Source of the DNA: Eutreptiella sp. 'Long Island Sound 2002' | Taxonomy: Eukaryota; Protista; Euglenida | Direction: 5' to 3' | DNA length: 64,000 bases | NCBI GenBank assembly: GCA_964036045.1 | Contig: OZ038378.1 | Coordinates: 181,536,001-181,600,000 of the forward strand | In this document: one piece after another, positions 1 through 12,933 of the stretch | Position numbering within the stretch: the stretch's first letter is position 1 | Layout: each line of letters opens with the position of its first letter | The notes under the pieces: generated by a model | The model's database searches: none | The model's input: the letters and a program-made list of their open reading frames with translations, nothing else | Told to the model about the DNA's origin: nothing | Translations under genes and position numbers: made by a program

Positions 1-1696
1 AATCTCATCAGGCCGATATTAAAACAATCTCCACCAGTCAGAAATAGTTACCAATACACGACTGGACTTTCCGTGGAGAAAGGCGGAGCATCTCATGTTG
101 AACAAAGGAATCCATTACCAGAGTGCAGCTCTGCCCATGTGGCCATTTGGCACGGCCAGGAGCAGCACACAACAGTGCAGAAACAGGGGAACATGCAACA
201 CGAAACAACAACCACAATTCAACGGCCTAACTCCTTGTGGACTTGCTCAGGGGAGGGGACTCACTTGATGCTCTTAGCTGTAGCACGTTCCCGCTTTTAC
301 ACTGAGAAACTGATATACTGAGAAACAAGAGTGGAGGGCATAATCTGGACGAAAAATGGAGCATCAATTGTCCACCAATTTTTGATGTGGCTAGGTAGCA
401 TCTTTCTACAAAAGTCCTTTGGCCTTGGGGCGCCTAGTACCATCGCTCTACAGCAACCTGCTTCCTAAGTGCACCTACGTGCTCTACAGCGTGGGCATCT
501 CTCCTTCGGTTGCGGTTTGGACGCAACATAGGTTCAGGTTTGGGTGCTACTTCGACTCATTTTCAATTGAGAGGAACGGCCCCTCAGCCAGTGTACTCTA
601 AAAAAACACACATGCACTGTGCAAAGAGGTGGATTCAAGGACAATGACATATTACGATTATTGTAATTATGGAAGGGGGAAATAAGGAAATAAAATAAGG
701 AAAATTACAGCAAATTACAGTGAAAATTACATGGTGCACTCCAGGGTTTGTGCAACCAAAAGGGTTGCCACAGCTCCCACCCTCACCATTTTGGTGATGC
801 TACCGCATGTGCCGTTCAGTGGAGTCCTGCCGTTTGGCTTTTTTTTTGTTTTTGGTGAGTTTCTCGGCATGGATAGCGTACTTGTCGGCGATGGTCAAGA
901 TGTGCAAATTGCGCTGCCCAAGATTTTCTCGTATGGCGGGACCTTGGGCAGCAATGGCATGGCCTAGAAGCGTTTATGCACATCCCAATTAACATAGTGG
1001 GCAATTGCACGTCGTATCTTAGGTCCAGTCGTGGCATGGGTGAGATCATCTCCAGGAGTGCGAAAAAAATCGCGAACAATATGAAAATGCCACTTCCATC
1101 TGCTGCTGGAATTATTCCCGCGCTGCAGGTCCACAGGGGAGGAGCCCGCTGAGTGTATACGTCTCGTCAGGCTGCAAACAACAAAAAATGCACGACTTGG
1201 CGCCTTTCTATGACAATTGCAACATGGTAGTATTCCCTTTGGCAATAGGTGGTGTCTATTTTCAGGCATACGGACAGCATGAATGTAGAAGAGAGACTGA
1301 TGTAGGGAAGGCCAGAAGGCTCCTGCAACAGGCTCTAACAAGCAGGCAACACAGGCAGTACCACGAATGAAAAATACAAACGAGGTACTGACGAAGAGAG
1401 TGTGTCTTCGGCATCCGAGGGTGCCTTTCTAGGCCTATACTGCGTCAAAAGAATGCACCAGAACGGAGGTCAGGCCCCGTCGCAAGTCGCAAAGACACGT
1501 TTGAACCCTTGCCGCCCGTGGGAATGATGGGTAGACTCTGAACACTGCTCATATGCATATATTTGGCCTCGCCAACCATTGCATTGGGAAATTGTAACAT
1601 TTCGCAGGGCTGTTGAAGGGCTAGGTGTTTTATGAGGCCTGCCATAGTGTCCAGATCGTTTGAGCACTGCTTGCATGAGTGACGGAGTAAATACGT

Positions 1697-2003
1697 ATGT
1701 GTGTGTGTGTGTGTGTATGTGTGTGTGTGTATGTGTGTGTGTGTGTGGGGGGGGGGGGGGTTGGTGCACGCACGCGCGCGCGTGTATGGCCATTCGTTTG
1801 GTTCAAGGCAAAAGAGTGCATGATTTCTCAGGTCCCTGCACACATTTTTGTCTTCGTCACTCTGCATGCTACCGCTGTCTACACTGGCCTGACAAGAATT
1901 GTTTGACATTCAGCTGTATCTTTGCTATTGTTTGTGCGCGCGCGTGTGTGTGTGTGCGTGTGTGCGTGTGTGCGTGTGTGCGTGTGTGCGTGTGTGCGTG
2001 CGT
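1697..2003. repeat. (GT)n / (GTGC)n microsatellites; similar tracts at 17566, 17855, 41725-41885, 45540-45700, 46265 and 59326
   Basis: Direct inspection. Confidence 0.95.
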
Positions 2004-2750
2004 GTTGACCCTTAGTACAACCCAACTGGGCCCCACCCGCGTGTCTACTCCTTTACAGATCAGCACCTCTACCCCCCGCTGCAGAGGGGCTATGCAGAGG
2101 GCACACCTTGATCTTGCTCGTTCCACGTGAATTCGAAATCACCGGCCCTGTAAAAATCCACGCATGACACGGCCCACTTGCTGGGTGCTGTGCGGGTGCG
2201 CCTTAAACAAACACAGCAGGCAGCACTTAAACAAACACAGCAGGCAGCAGTGGCCAGGGGCAGAGCCAGGTGCAGCACAGCTGTCTTAACGTTGGGCATG
2301 TTGCCTCCAGTTCGGAACACAGCAGCCCAAGCCTTAGCCCCAGTCCGGGCCCTGCTGTTCCCCTGGCACAAGCCTTGGAACTCATCTGGTGCCAAGAGGG
2401 ACATGTCAGGCCGCACCACACGGACCCCCATGATCACAGGCCAGAACCAATAATGGTGCCAACGGGCCTTCAAACGCCTGGGCAAGGACTGGGGTGTGGG
2501 CAGCAGCAGGGGCAGCAGCAGCGAGTGGGACAGCGCTGTATGCAGTCTGGGGCTGAAGCTTGGGCGCAGGCAAAGAAGGAGGGCTGAGGCTGGTATGGAG
2601 GACAAAGCACAGGGACAGGGGCAGGCTTGGGGGAAGCGGCTGGAGCCTGGCAACAGCAAGCACCGTGGCGAAAAAATTGAGAAGGACAAAGCTGTGGCAT
2701 GGGCAGAGGCAATGGGTTGGGAGTTGGAAAGCCAGTAGTGCTTGGGGCAC

Positions 2751-2873
2751 CTTTCGTTGTAATCATCGATGTCCTCTGCATCCGGATCCATGATGATGTA
2801 CTTCCGCTTCTCACCGACTTTTGCGGGCATCTCCATGGCGTCGTGCTGGCGTTCAATCCCGTCCAACCCGTTG
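2751..2873 (-). CDS. Isolated exon (gene B or a third gene): NGLDGIERQHDAMEMPAKVGEKRKYIIMDPDAEDIDDYNE
   Basis: gatgcAG / AG|gtgccc, 123 nt, GC3-rich protein-like sequence. Confidence 0.6.
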
Positions 2874-5444
2874 CTGCATCACAGGGCATGGGGTGGTCGC
2901 ACGGGGAGTGGCGGCCTGGGAGGCCGTATGTAGGAGGAATGGGGCTTGCGGGGTGTAGAGGGCTGGGGAGGACCATGCACTCGTATGGGAGTGCAACAGG
3001 GCGCTTCTCCGCGGGGCAGCAATCCTCGTTTGTGTCCGTCACGGGCACGCCGCACAAGGCCGCCTGATCTGGCCCTCTCGTGCACACAAGCTCGTCAGTT
3101 CAACCGGGTGCCACGGACCCGCCTGCCGTTGCTGCCTCTCACAAAGCACAGCCGGGCACACAACCAGCACAGCCTCACACCTGCCGAGGGATCGGGCCAT
3201 CGTCGGAAACGGAGCCCATGCTTCGTTGGCATCCTGTTCGACGGGCGGACTGCGGCCTGGAGAGTAACGGTGGACGACAGAGGCAGGGGTCTTGGAGAGC
3301 GGAGGGGTAGAGGGTGTGGCCGCTCCTCAATGCTGTTGGAGTCCCGGTTTGAATGTTGCATGTAGTGCCCTCTATAGCCCCCCCCACCCCCCCGGCAGGG
3401 GGTGTGGGCGGCTACAACCACCATTACATTGGTGGGGAGGTAGAGTGGAGGCCTCTCTGCTCCGCCCCCCCCCCCCCGCCTTTGTCCAAAAGAGGCCTTG
3501 TCCAAGGTACGGGCGTCTGCATTGCATTACTGAGGGGCCTCTTACAGTTCAGTGCCGAATGAAGCGATCAGTCCAGCAGCCCTAACCCCCCTGCACTCGC
3601 TTCCTTTCCCTTGGGTGTGCCAACGAATCCCTTTGAGGGCTCCTCGAGCTCCACATTTTGGCTCTTCCACCTCTGGCCCCTTGTGTGGCGACCGGTAGCG
3701 CCCTGCATCAACCAAATGCAGCCTAGAGTGCGCGAATGAAGGAGCATCCGCCTCTGTGGTGTCCGTCCACAGGCCTCAGGGCTGCACACGTTGTCCTTTG
3801 TGATGTTCGGTCTTCACCCTGTATGACGGCCCATGCGATGCCTGCCATAACTCACTGTGCGCCCGATGCAGCATTCCGGAGGCTTGGCTGTAGATTGAGG
3901 AGTTTGTGTTTGCATTTGATGCAGTGGCTATGCAGACCCGCACATTGCAGGAGGGCGGGGGATGGGTAAGTGGGTCTCCTGCCATCCAGGCCCAACCGAA
4001 GCAACTGAGCAACTTGTACAAGTGGCTTGCTGCCGAGGACAATCATAAGATAATGCGTCACAAGGATGGTGCTTCTGGGTCTATGACACCGTGGGTGCCT
4101 TTCGCCCCCCTGCAGGAGGAGGCCGCTTTCTCAGTTATTTACTCTTATTGTTGGTGGCATGAAATCGGGCATCATGCATCTCCACACGCATGTATCTACG
4201 TACTGCCCTCTCCGCTGTGCTGAAACAGATGAAAGCAGGGCCAGTGTCACAAGCGCAGCAGGAAGTAGCATTTTCTAAGGGGAGAGTACTTGGCTTCAAA
4301 CGATAGGACACAATCAGAACGTTGCAGAACAATCAACACTTGCTGTTCAAAACTGGCCCCAAATGGCCAGGACCAAGGCCGCCATAACGGCAATCAGCCG
4401 ACCGCCAACCGCCGGTGATGAAGCCAGGGCTTGACCGTCAATTGCTTGAGGTCAACCATCAACCGCCAAATCCGGCGCGTCAACATCCCTTCGCGAAGAG
4501 AAGACAACATCTCGGCCCCAAATGGAAACGCGGCCATAGCACAGCACCCGGACTTCGGGGATTGGCGGTCTCTCCGGGTCTCAGGTGGTCTGTGCTGCGC
4601 ATCCCCCGCACACCTTCTGCATCCCAATAGTCCGAGGCGTTGTGTGATGCGTATCCGGCCGTCACATGGATGCCCCGCGTAGTCATGCGGGGCGCTTGAG
4701 GGGTCAAGGCACTGTCGGGGTCCCTCAGCGCAGGGCTCCATGCGCCAGAATGGGACATTGTCGACGACATCTGCCAAGCGAGCAACAACCGTGGACCCTC
4801 AGGATTGCAGGGGAAAGGCTCCCTCTGCCCCTCCCCCTCCCCCTCACCCTCTCCACCGCCCCCCACCCCCTGCACTCCCCCTGCGCTGTCGTGTAGGTTG
4901 CACGCCCTCCCACAAAATGTCGCGGAGTTCCAGCCCGGTGCTCGCCCCAATTCTTCGGCGGAGGGGGACGCCTCTGGGTTTTTCAGCTGCGCCGGGCTGA
5001 GCTTCCGCCGGCGCTGCCAGTGGGCCTGATGTATATCGGCCCCTGGCCCAGCGGCTATCCTGATTGGTGATGTGTGAGCTGTCGCGTGTGTGTTACGTCG
5101 TCAGCACAACATGCAGCAGATGCAGCTCACAAGAAGGGAAGAAGCTTGTGAAGAGCCGAAAAACGGCCCTAGGCGCCTTTTTGCAAAAAGTCTGTGGGAA
5201 GACAGTGCAGAGTGACTTTTTGCGGGAGAGAGAGGGCAACATCCATCGTCACAGGCAGCTGTATAGGAGTGAGACATGCAACGGTACTACAGGCCAGCAA
5301 CGAACAAACAGGACAGCCAATGTGTATGTACAGGTCGCCACAGACCACCACCGCCAGGGGCCGCACCTACCACAGTATATCACCCCCCCCCCACCCCCTC
5401 CCGCAGTAGTACGGATGCCTGCTTGTCATAGCAGAAGGTTCAAA

Positions 5445-5520
5445 GGCGAGAGGCCAATAGGCGCCGCCGAAGGCTAACAGAGCCAACCACCAAGGCCTTG
5501 TGCCAAAACCCCCCCTCCCC
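5445..5520. repeat. Short dispersed repeat R2 (ggcgagaggccaataggcgccgcc...gccttgtgccaa-polyC)
   Basis: Also at 14961-15030, with a variant at ~37090. Confidence 0.7.
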
Positions 5521-6530
5521 TCATCACAGCTGCTACCCCCCCCCCCCCCCCCACAAAATTGCCTCAACCCCCACTCCCAAGGAACTCCGGCGCAGAAGAA
5601 CTGGGAGACATCCCTGGTGCCGCGCGGGCCATGAATAGACATGGCCCCGAACGCCCCGTGGGCGTGCACCCCAGTGCTGCCCCAGTGCCCCTGGGCGGCC
5701 GCCTGGGACATGTCCCCCGGGCAGGAGCAGCCCCCCCCCCCCCCCCCAGTTAACCCCCAGCGGCCGGCGCGCCCCAGGGGGCCCCGCCCACCCCCTGGGG
5801 CGCCATGACACGACACTGCCCCCCCCCCCCCCCAGGCCACAAAGCCCCAGCCTCGCAAGGCGCGGTCTTCAACCTGGACACTACAGGAGGGGCTGGGGCC
5901 GATGTATATCGCCCGCGGACACTCCCCCCCGTGCCACCAGAGTGGCTGATGTATATCACCACTGGCCGCCTGGCGTGGTTGGGCAGTGTGACCTGCAGGA
6001 CGGGGTCGCAGGGCCGACGTGCTCCCCTGAGCCACCCTGAGCAGCTGAGCCCGGTGTCCTGTAGGCCCCCTTTGTCTTGACGCCGGGCTGACCCAGCAGC
6101 ACCCCCCGCCCCCTCCCTGCAAGCGCATGCCGCCCCCCCTGCCACACGCGTGCCTGCACACAGTCACCCCGTAGCCCGCGCCTCCCCTTGCCTCCTCTCG
6201 CTTTCTCTTGTCACTGGTGCATCGTGGCGTCGACAACAAGGACGACGAGGCTGGGAAGGGGACCCAAGGACCCCAGTAAGCAGTAGTACAGAGGGTGGGG
6301 TCCTGAGAACTCCAGTGCCGCTCCGACGCCCACGACCAGTAAAGGGTGGGGTCTTGAGAACTCTGGGAGGGGACCTGAGAACCCCTGTGCTGCTCCGCTT
6401 GTGCCCAAGTCCAGTCAAGGGTGGGACCCCGAGAACCCCATTGCCCCACGCCTCCACTGTGCACGCCAGTGATCCACTCCACAGGCACCTGCGGAACAAT
6501 CCTTAGAGCTATGCCCCGCCCCCCCCCCGG

Positions 6531-6870
6531 TGTGACATTCCGTCGGGTTGCTGTTTCTTTACAAGGCCGTGGGCAGTCACCCGTTCTTCCCTTCACATGC
6601 TGCGTCGGGTCGCTGCGTTTTGTCGGCTGCTGCGGCCTGTGCTCCTGCTGATGTCGTTTCCGCGTTCGCGGAGCCCAGTCGTCGCTGTACCGGGGCTGTG
6701 CTGGTTGCGGCAGGTGCCGTTTGTGTGTCAGCGGTGCCCAGTAGTTGGTGTACTGGGGTGGTGTCGGTTGTTGCGGGGGTCGTTTGACGGTTTTCGCTGC
6801 CCACGCACCTCCGCTCTGCGGTTGTCCAGCACCTGCCTCGTCGTTTTTTCCGTGTGCGTGAGGCCCAGGT
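6531..6870 (-). mobile_element. Dispersed repeat family R1 (SINE/LINE-3'-end-like), copy 1
   Basis: Shared end gtgacattccgtc(g/t)ggttg... also at 16343, 18558, 47807 and 54580; the other ends vary. Strand assigned by inference. Confidence 0.8.
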
Positions 6871-8384
6871 GCCCCACTCCTCCGCATGTTGTACCGGCCG
6901 TCAACCCCTTGTGCTCCACCACTCCATGGGTCGCGCGTGTGTATGGTGTGCTACTTCATGGTTGCAGGTGGCATGTGCTTCGCGGGTGGCGTGCGCTCCG
7001 TTATGGTTGATGCAGGTGGCGTGTGCGCCTGCGTGGTGTCCCGGGTGATTTACGCTGCACGGTGGCTGCGCCATCGCCTTGGTTTTGCTCACCCCGGTGT
7101 TTTTGGAGGTTCCTTCCCTTTCCTGGCCCACCACTCCTTTCCATAGGGCGCCTCAGGCCCCGCAGTGGTGGCCCACTGGGCGCCGGATCCCCTGGGCACA
7201 GGCAAACAAGGCTGTTGCGCTGCATGAGCCCCAGGGATCGCGCTCTGGCTGCCCGATCCCCCGCACAGTTCTACAGGACGCCTCAGGGGCCCAGTGGTGG
7301 CCCACTGGGTGCCCGATCCCCTGGGCCTTGCCGACCCCCCTGTGGGGTCACTCAATCTTGCTGACGTTGGCGGTTCCTGGTGTGCAAAGGAGCGAAGCAG
7401 GGGCACACTGGGTGGGTTGGGGGGGACCTGGGCGCCCCTGGGTGGGTTGCTGATGTTGGTGTAGGGTGTGGTTTGGGGTGCCCTTGTTGTCCCCTTCCCC
7501 CTCACGGCGCACACCCGTCCCCGTGCGTACGCAGTCGTGGGACGGGCGGGCAGCGTGTCTCTGTGACCAGGAGGATGCGATGCCCTGGCCCACTACTCCC
7601 CGGTGGGCTCAGCGTCAGGCTCCCATGGCCTCCCCACCGGGCCTGGAGCACCAGGCCACACTTGCCCCCCACGCGCAAGGCCCAGCCCCCGCCCACACCC
7701 CTGCCCGCGCGCTCGCCTACACACAGGACGACGGTATCTTCCGCCCACCTGCGCTTCGGTGGGGTCTGGTGGCTGTCGATAGTCCGCTCGGCCTTGGAAC
7801 CGGACAGTCAGGTAGTTCAGCCTCGTGGTGGGGCAGGGAAGGAAGCCCACACCCGAGGGCCTGCTCCTGCATGAGGCCGCCAGCCCAACCCAACCTAACC
7901 CCTCACGGCTGGTCTGCCCCTGGTGGGCTCCTCCTCATGTTGCGCAAACAGCCCATCTGGGCTGCGGGAGACACCCCCCACCTGATGCCGGTTGAGCAGG
8001 TGCCCTCGCACCCGGTAGCGACGGGGCTGGCCAGGCCCTCCCCTGTGTTGTTGCTGCCTCCCATGTGCACGCTCTCCCCTGCTACACTTTCTGGTTCCCT
8101 GTTCCCGCTGTCCTTGCTGCCCCCCCCCCCCCCCGCCTCCCCCTGCTGCCTCCAAAACCCTTCCTCCCACCCAACACTCAGCAGCCCCCCTGGAGAGAAC
8201 AAAGGTCCAGAGAGGTAAGCAGAAAGCACAGCACAGCACACCGGGACATGCCCCACGGCCAGTGCAGGCGGTGTTCCAGGGGTCCCCAACAACGCTGAAT
8301 CCCTTTTCAGCCAATGCCGGAGGAGAGAGGGCCGCAAATTGTTCCCATCTAGCTTCTGTGGGGCATGTGGGGCATGTATATCAC

Positions 8385-8540
8385 AGCACAAACACAGCAC
8401 AGCACTGTACAGCACTGTACAGCATAGCACCGCACCGCACAGTGCAGCACGGCACAGCACACCACACTGCACCGCACAGCGCAGCACACCGCATCCCGAT
8501 GCGCAGCACAGCACAGCACACAGCACAGCACACAGCACAG
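8385..8540. repeat. (CACAG)n degenerate pentanucleotide repeat
   Basis: Direct inspection; short copies at ~8222 and ~9045. Confidence 0.9.
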
Positions 8541-11387
8541 AGAGAAACGCATGCATCGCGCGCACCGCGCCTGCGGTTTTACCAGCCCATCTCTGGAAAT
8601 TTGGTGTATTTTCAGGGTGGCAGGGACGCGGTGGTCTAAGGTGTTCGCACACGGAGGCCTCCACTCTACCTCCTCAACAATGGTAGGAAACGGGGTGAGG
8701 GAGCCTAATCGGCCGCCAAACCCGCCATCCAGCAGATGGGCTTCACCACGTTTCATCTTGGTGAGAGGAGTCCCAATTCCTTCATGATTTGGGCATTGGA
8801 CCGTACCCCACAAGAGCTGCCTCCAAATCAGAGGGAATTGCCAAGAATCATTCACTAGAAGAATTTTGAACACATCCTCCTCATATTTCGGCTGGTAGAG
8901 GACATCCTTCAGCTCCCCACCATGATTGCAAAGGGTATGTATTGCGAGGTGCAAGAAAAAGCGTAAGGGGAAAGAAAATGTTGTCCGCACACATCGAAAA
9001 CGCATGCACCAGGCATCACACCGCATGTGCGTTTCTCTCCCACAGCACAGCACAACACAGCATAGCATAGCAGGGGTCGGCTTGGGTTGCCCCTTCTAAC
9101 CCTCTTTAGGCAGCCCACGTCCTCTTGGGGCCATTTTATCAGTGCCGAGATGTTCAATAGTGGGCAACCCTAATCCCATTCCCTCCGGTATCGTGCACAA
9201 ACTCATCCACAAGTAGGCTTGGGCCCTTCGACAGTGCTTCGTGCCATCCCCTGCCCCCTGAGGGAGGGGGGGGGGGGCAGATATACCTAACGCAAACGGA
9301 CAGACACAAACACACATATATTACGGCACCCCTCTCCCCATACATATAGCAAGCAACAAGCAGCAACAAGGAACACGTCGCCCTTCCGTTTTGGCCATTG
9401 CTACTCCTCTACTCTAGTCCTCTTTCACATTGACATGTAGCCATCCCAAATCCAGAGTTTCAGCCGAGTGCACCAATGGCAGCCCACGGTGGTGGCACCA
9501 AATTTGGGGTTCTACCCTTCAACACTGGTTTTGGCAAAAGCAGCCGGTGTAGGGACAAAATGACCCTCAAAGCCCTTCAAAGTGGCTAAAAGAAGAGAAA
9601 TGAATGCCATATGCCACGGCTGGCCTGCCTTGGCTGTGTCAACAATACCTTTGTCAGCCGCTAAGTCCACAGCAAGCAGCGAGAAACGCACCCAAAAGGC
9701 CTTAAAATGGTCAAGAACCTGTGCAAGTTGGCAAAAACCAGCCCACCTTTGACCTCAATCCTCCCTCTAGGTGACAAGAAACGATTCTTACTCTGCCAAA
9801 ACTCCTGCCTAGTTTGTGTCAATGAGCTTTGCTTCATCTTCTAAGCCCATGGTATGACCAATCAAAGCCCCCAAAAGCGCCCAAAATGGCCCAATCAATG
9901 AATGGGCAATTGACGCTGTACAGTCCCAACCCAAGAGTAGGCCATACATCCGGCAACGTGGCTCAAAATCCGATTTCGAGGGCACCCCGTCCACCTGCAA
10001 CTCCCACTGTACTGTGATTTCCACACCTCAGAACGGGCCGAACGGACACCTAGCCCCCCCCCCCGTCCCCCACTGGTGCTAGACCACTAGGGATGCTCAA
10101 TGCTCAATGCTTGCGTCTCGCCTGTTTTGAGCCCGCCTTGACCCTTTTTGGCCTGGCAAAAATCCCCAGAATGAAAGGAAAATGGGCCATTTTAGGATTG
10201 ATGTAGGCCAGAAAATGGGTGAAAAAGCGGTTTCCGAGAAATGATTCTGAGTACTGGGGATACTACCGCCAATGTCCTGAGCCCATTAGGAGCGCGTTTT
10301 GACGCGTTCTGGCCACTCCTTGTAGACATATGGCCCAACCCGAGAGTCCTCTTGGGGAACGAGCTGGAATGGGGAAGAGGGCTTGGTTGGCGGATAAGCA
10401 GGCGGAGGTTCACCGGATGGTGCAAAACTCACGGGGGTTGGGGGGTGGGGGGTATTGGCGGGGTCAGGGTCCGGAAGGAAAAGAAAGGGGCCCCTGAAGA
10501 ACCCCCATGGGTCTGTGGGGGTGTTCCATAACGGGCGGTAGGCTGCCTGTAGTACAACCCGTGTCCCATGTGTTTGTGTAGAATCCGCGGTCCTTTGTAG
10601 ATGGGGAGGGGGCTGCAGTACAACGCCTGTTCCACTGCTCAGCCGTGGCGCCTGTTCCCCTGCCAGCACCCTCAGAGGCTGCGCATGTAATCATCTCCAG
10701 ACGGTGAAATTTGGAGGGTGCACTACACAAATGATGTGGGAACTGGAATCGAAACCCGAAGTGCTACACACTGCCGGGGGGGGGGGTATCATGAGCACAA
10801 GGCAGACACATACCAAATCGTCTGCGCCACTTCCCGTTGAGCCTCCCGAGTGTGTGCCATTTGACGTAAGCTTGCGCCACAACGAGTTCCCCTGCCACAA
10901 AAAAGCGGAACACCGTACCACTCGCTCGAGCAGGGCTGGAGGTCGAGGGCCGCGGAGGCACAGGGGGGGGGGGTGACAAGGGCCCGCTGGTACCAGAGGT
11001 ACAGACAGACGGGAGACGCCAGGGCACGGGCACAGAGGTAGACACCCGCTTAGCCCAAAGTGGGCACGTTGCGAAGGGGAACTGTTCAATTCATGATGGC
11101 GGAGGCCTAACAAGGCCCACTAGCGTCGTGCCAGTAGCGTCCGCCACACCGATGCATGCATCAAGAACAGCAACCGCGGGGGGCGGGCTCGTGCCACGTC
11201 AAGTTCGCGGTGGTAAATTTCCCTGCGCAAAATTTCGCGGAAGCCCCCGGATTTTGTGTGGGAAATTTCGGGGACACCTCCAAAAATGTTGTGGTGTGCA
11301 GGGCCTTGCAGGCTCGGTGGAACTTAGCCACAGGTTTCGCGGAAGACCCTGGATTTTGTGTGGAAAATTTCGCGGCCAATTTGAAAC

Positions 11388-11556
11388 GGCTAGCCCCGGG
11401 GGTTCCGGGGCTACCCCCGGGACGTCCGGGGTTAGCCCCGGGGTGTCTGGGGCTAGCCACGGGGAGTCCAGGGCTATCCTCGGGGTGTCCGGGGCTAGCC
11501 CAGGGGATTCCGGGGCTACCCCCGGACACCCCCGTGCTAGCCCCGGACATCCCGGG
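11388..11556. repeat. 21-bp minisatellite of quasi-palindromic units (x8)
   Basis: Consensus ggctagccccggggtgtccgg; unit junctions form CCGGGGCTAGCCCCGG. Confidence 0.9.
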
Positions 11557-12720
11557 GGTGGCCCCGCGCACTTTTCCACACGAAGTAGACTGCCCCCGAT
11601 ATCCCCCCCCCCCGCCCCAAACTGTGAGCACCCGGTTCATGCAGCAATAATGTGCAAAGATAGGGATCGTACAGTAGTGCGCATCAACACATAAACAAGA
11701 CATGACATCAAACGATGACTGGTGCTCCGGGTTGGCTGCACCTCTGGTTGACCAAATTAGCTCTCCCCATCGGTGTGCACTGACGTCCCAGTGAAATCAC
11801 AAACGCTTGCGCGTGGAGCGGGAAACGAGGGCAACAAAGCAGTTGTCCGAGTGGGCATTTGCCTCGGCATTTGCCGCAACAACAACAAAGGTATGGCGCA
11901 CCAAGGCACCCTTCTGTGACAGTTGATGCGTGGCCAATGCTGTGACGGTGCTGGACAAGTGGAGCCCCCCCTTGTTGGCCGTGCGTGGAAGTCAGTGGGC
12001 AGACATCGGCTCGACATGCAGACGATGTGTTGGCGAAATGGTCGTGTGAGGGGGAGGACGACAAAGAGGAGGAGGTAGAGGAAGAGTTGGCGCCTGCGGG
12101 TGCTGTGAGGATGGTATGGCTCCATGGCCCATTCCCAGTGCAAAGAGGATTACCAGGGCCCCCACGTCGGGGAACACGTGGCCTCAATGCCTCCACAGAG
12201 CCGCATTATTTTGGGCCCAAGGGCACGGGGTGGGGGGAGCTGGGGGAGGTTGTTGGGTCCTTGCCATCCACCCCCTGACCCAACACACGCAGGCACACAC
12301 ACAGGCACACAGGCACAGGCTGGGACTGAGCAACCCCCTCTTTGGCGTAATGTGGTTTCGACTCAACATGCCTCAGACCTGTTGGCAACAGGGAAGGGAA
12401 GAAAGGGTGGAGCAGTGCAAACCTGCAGCCTTAATGCTGGGCAGCCTTATCACACCAGGCCACAGCCACCCCCCAGCCCCGCCCCGCCGCTGTAGGATGC
12501 AGATGTTGGATGCTGACCTTTCCGCTGCAAAGCGCAAGGCTGCAAAGCCACAAATTCAGAACAAAAAGCTCTTGAGTGACATTGCCATAGGCGCCTTTCG
12601 AGAAAATAGCCCCCCCCCCCCCCAACACTGGGAGGTCCCAGCATCTGAGCACAGGAGTGGTCTGCAGGAGATAAGAAGATAAGACCACGTTTCAAAGACC
12701 TGAGGGAGGGCTTCACACAC

Positions 12721-12933
12721 CTCATCAAGGCCATTGCGTGTCAAGCCATTCGGGGCACTCTGGACACAGCTGTTGTGGACATTGGGGCTGCATGCATCTG
12801 AAGCATAGCCGTTAGGGCCCCCCATAGGTGGGGCTGGAAGTGGCTCCGCTGGTCTGGGGTCGGCCACAAACGACTCAGACGACTTAGTAACGACTGCCAC
12901 GCAACGGGACTCTCTTCTGTCCACCACCACTAC
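12721..12933 (-). CDS. Gene B exon: VVVVDRRESRCVAVVTK...NGLDE
   Basis: ccctctctgtAG / GAG|gtgtgt, 213 nt, phase 0-0. Confidence 0.65.

Noticed and set aside
5367-6887. 506-aa minus-strand ORF
   Set aside because: Runs through repeat R1, a local tandem repeat and G runs; no domain or codon signal
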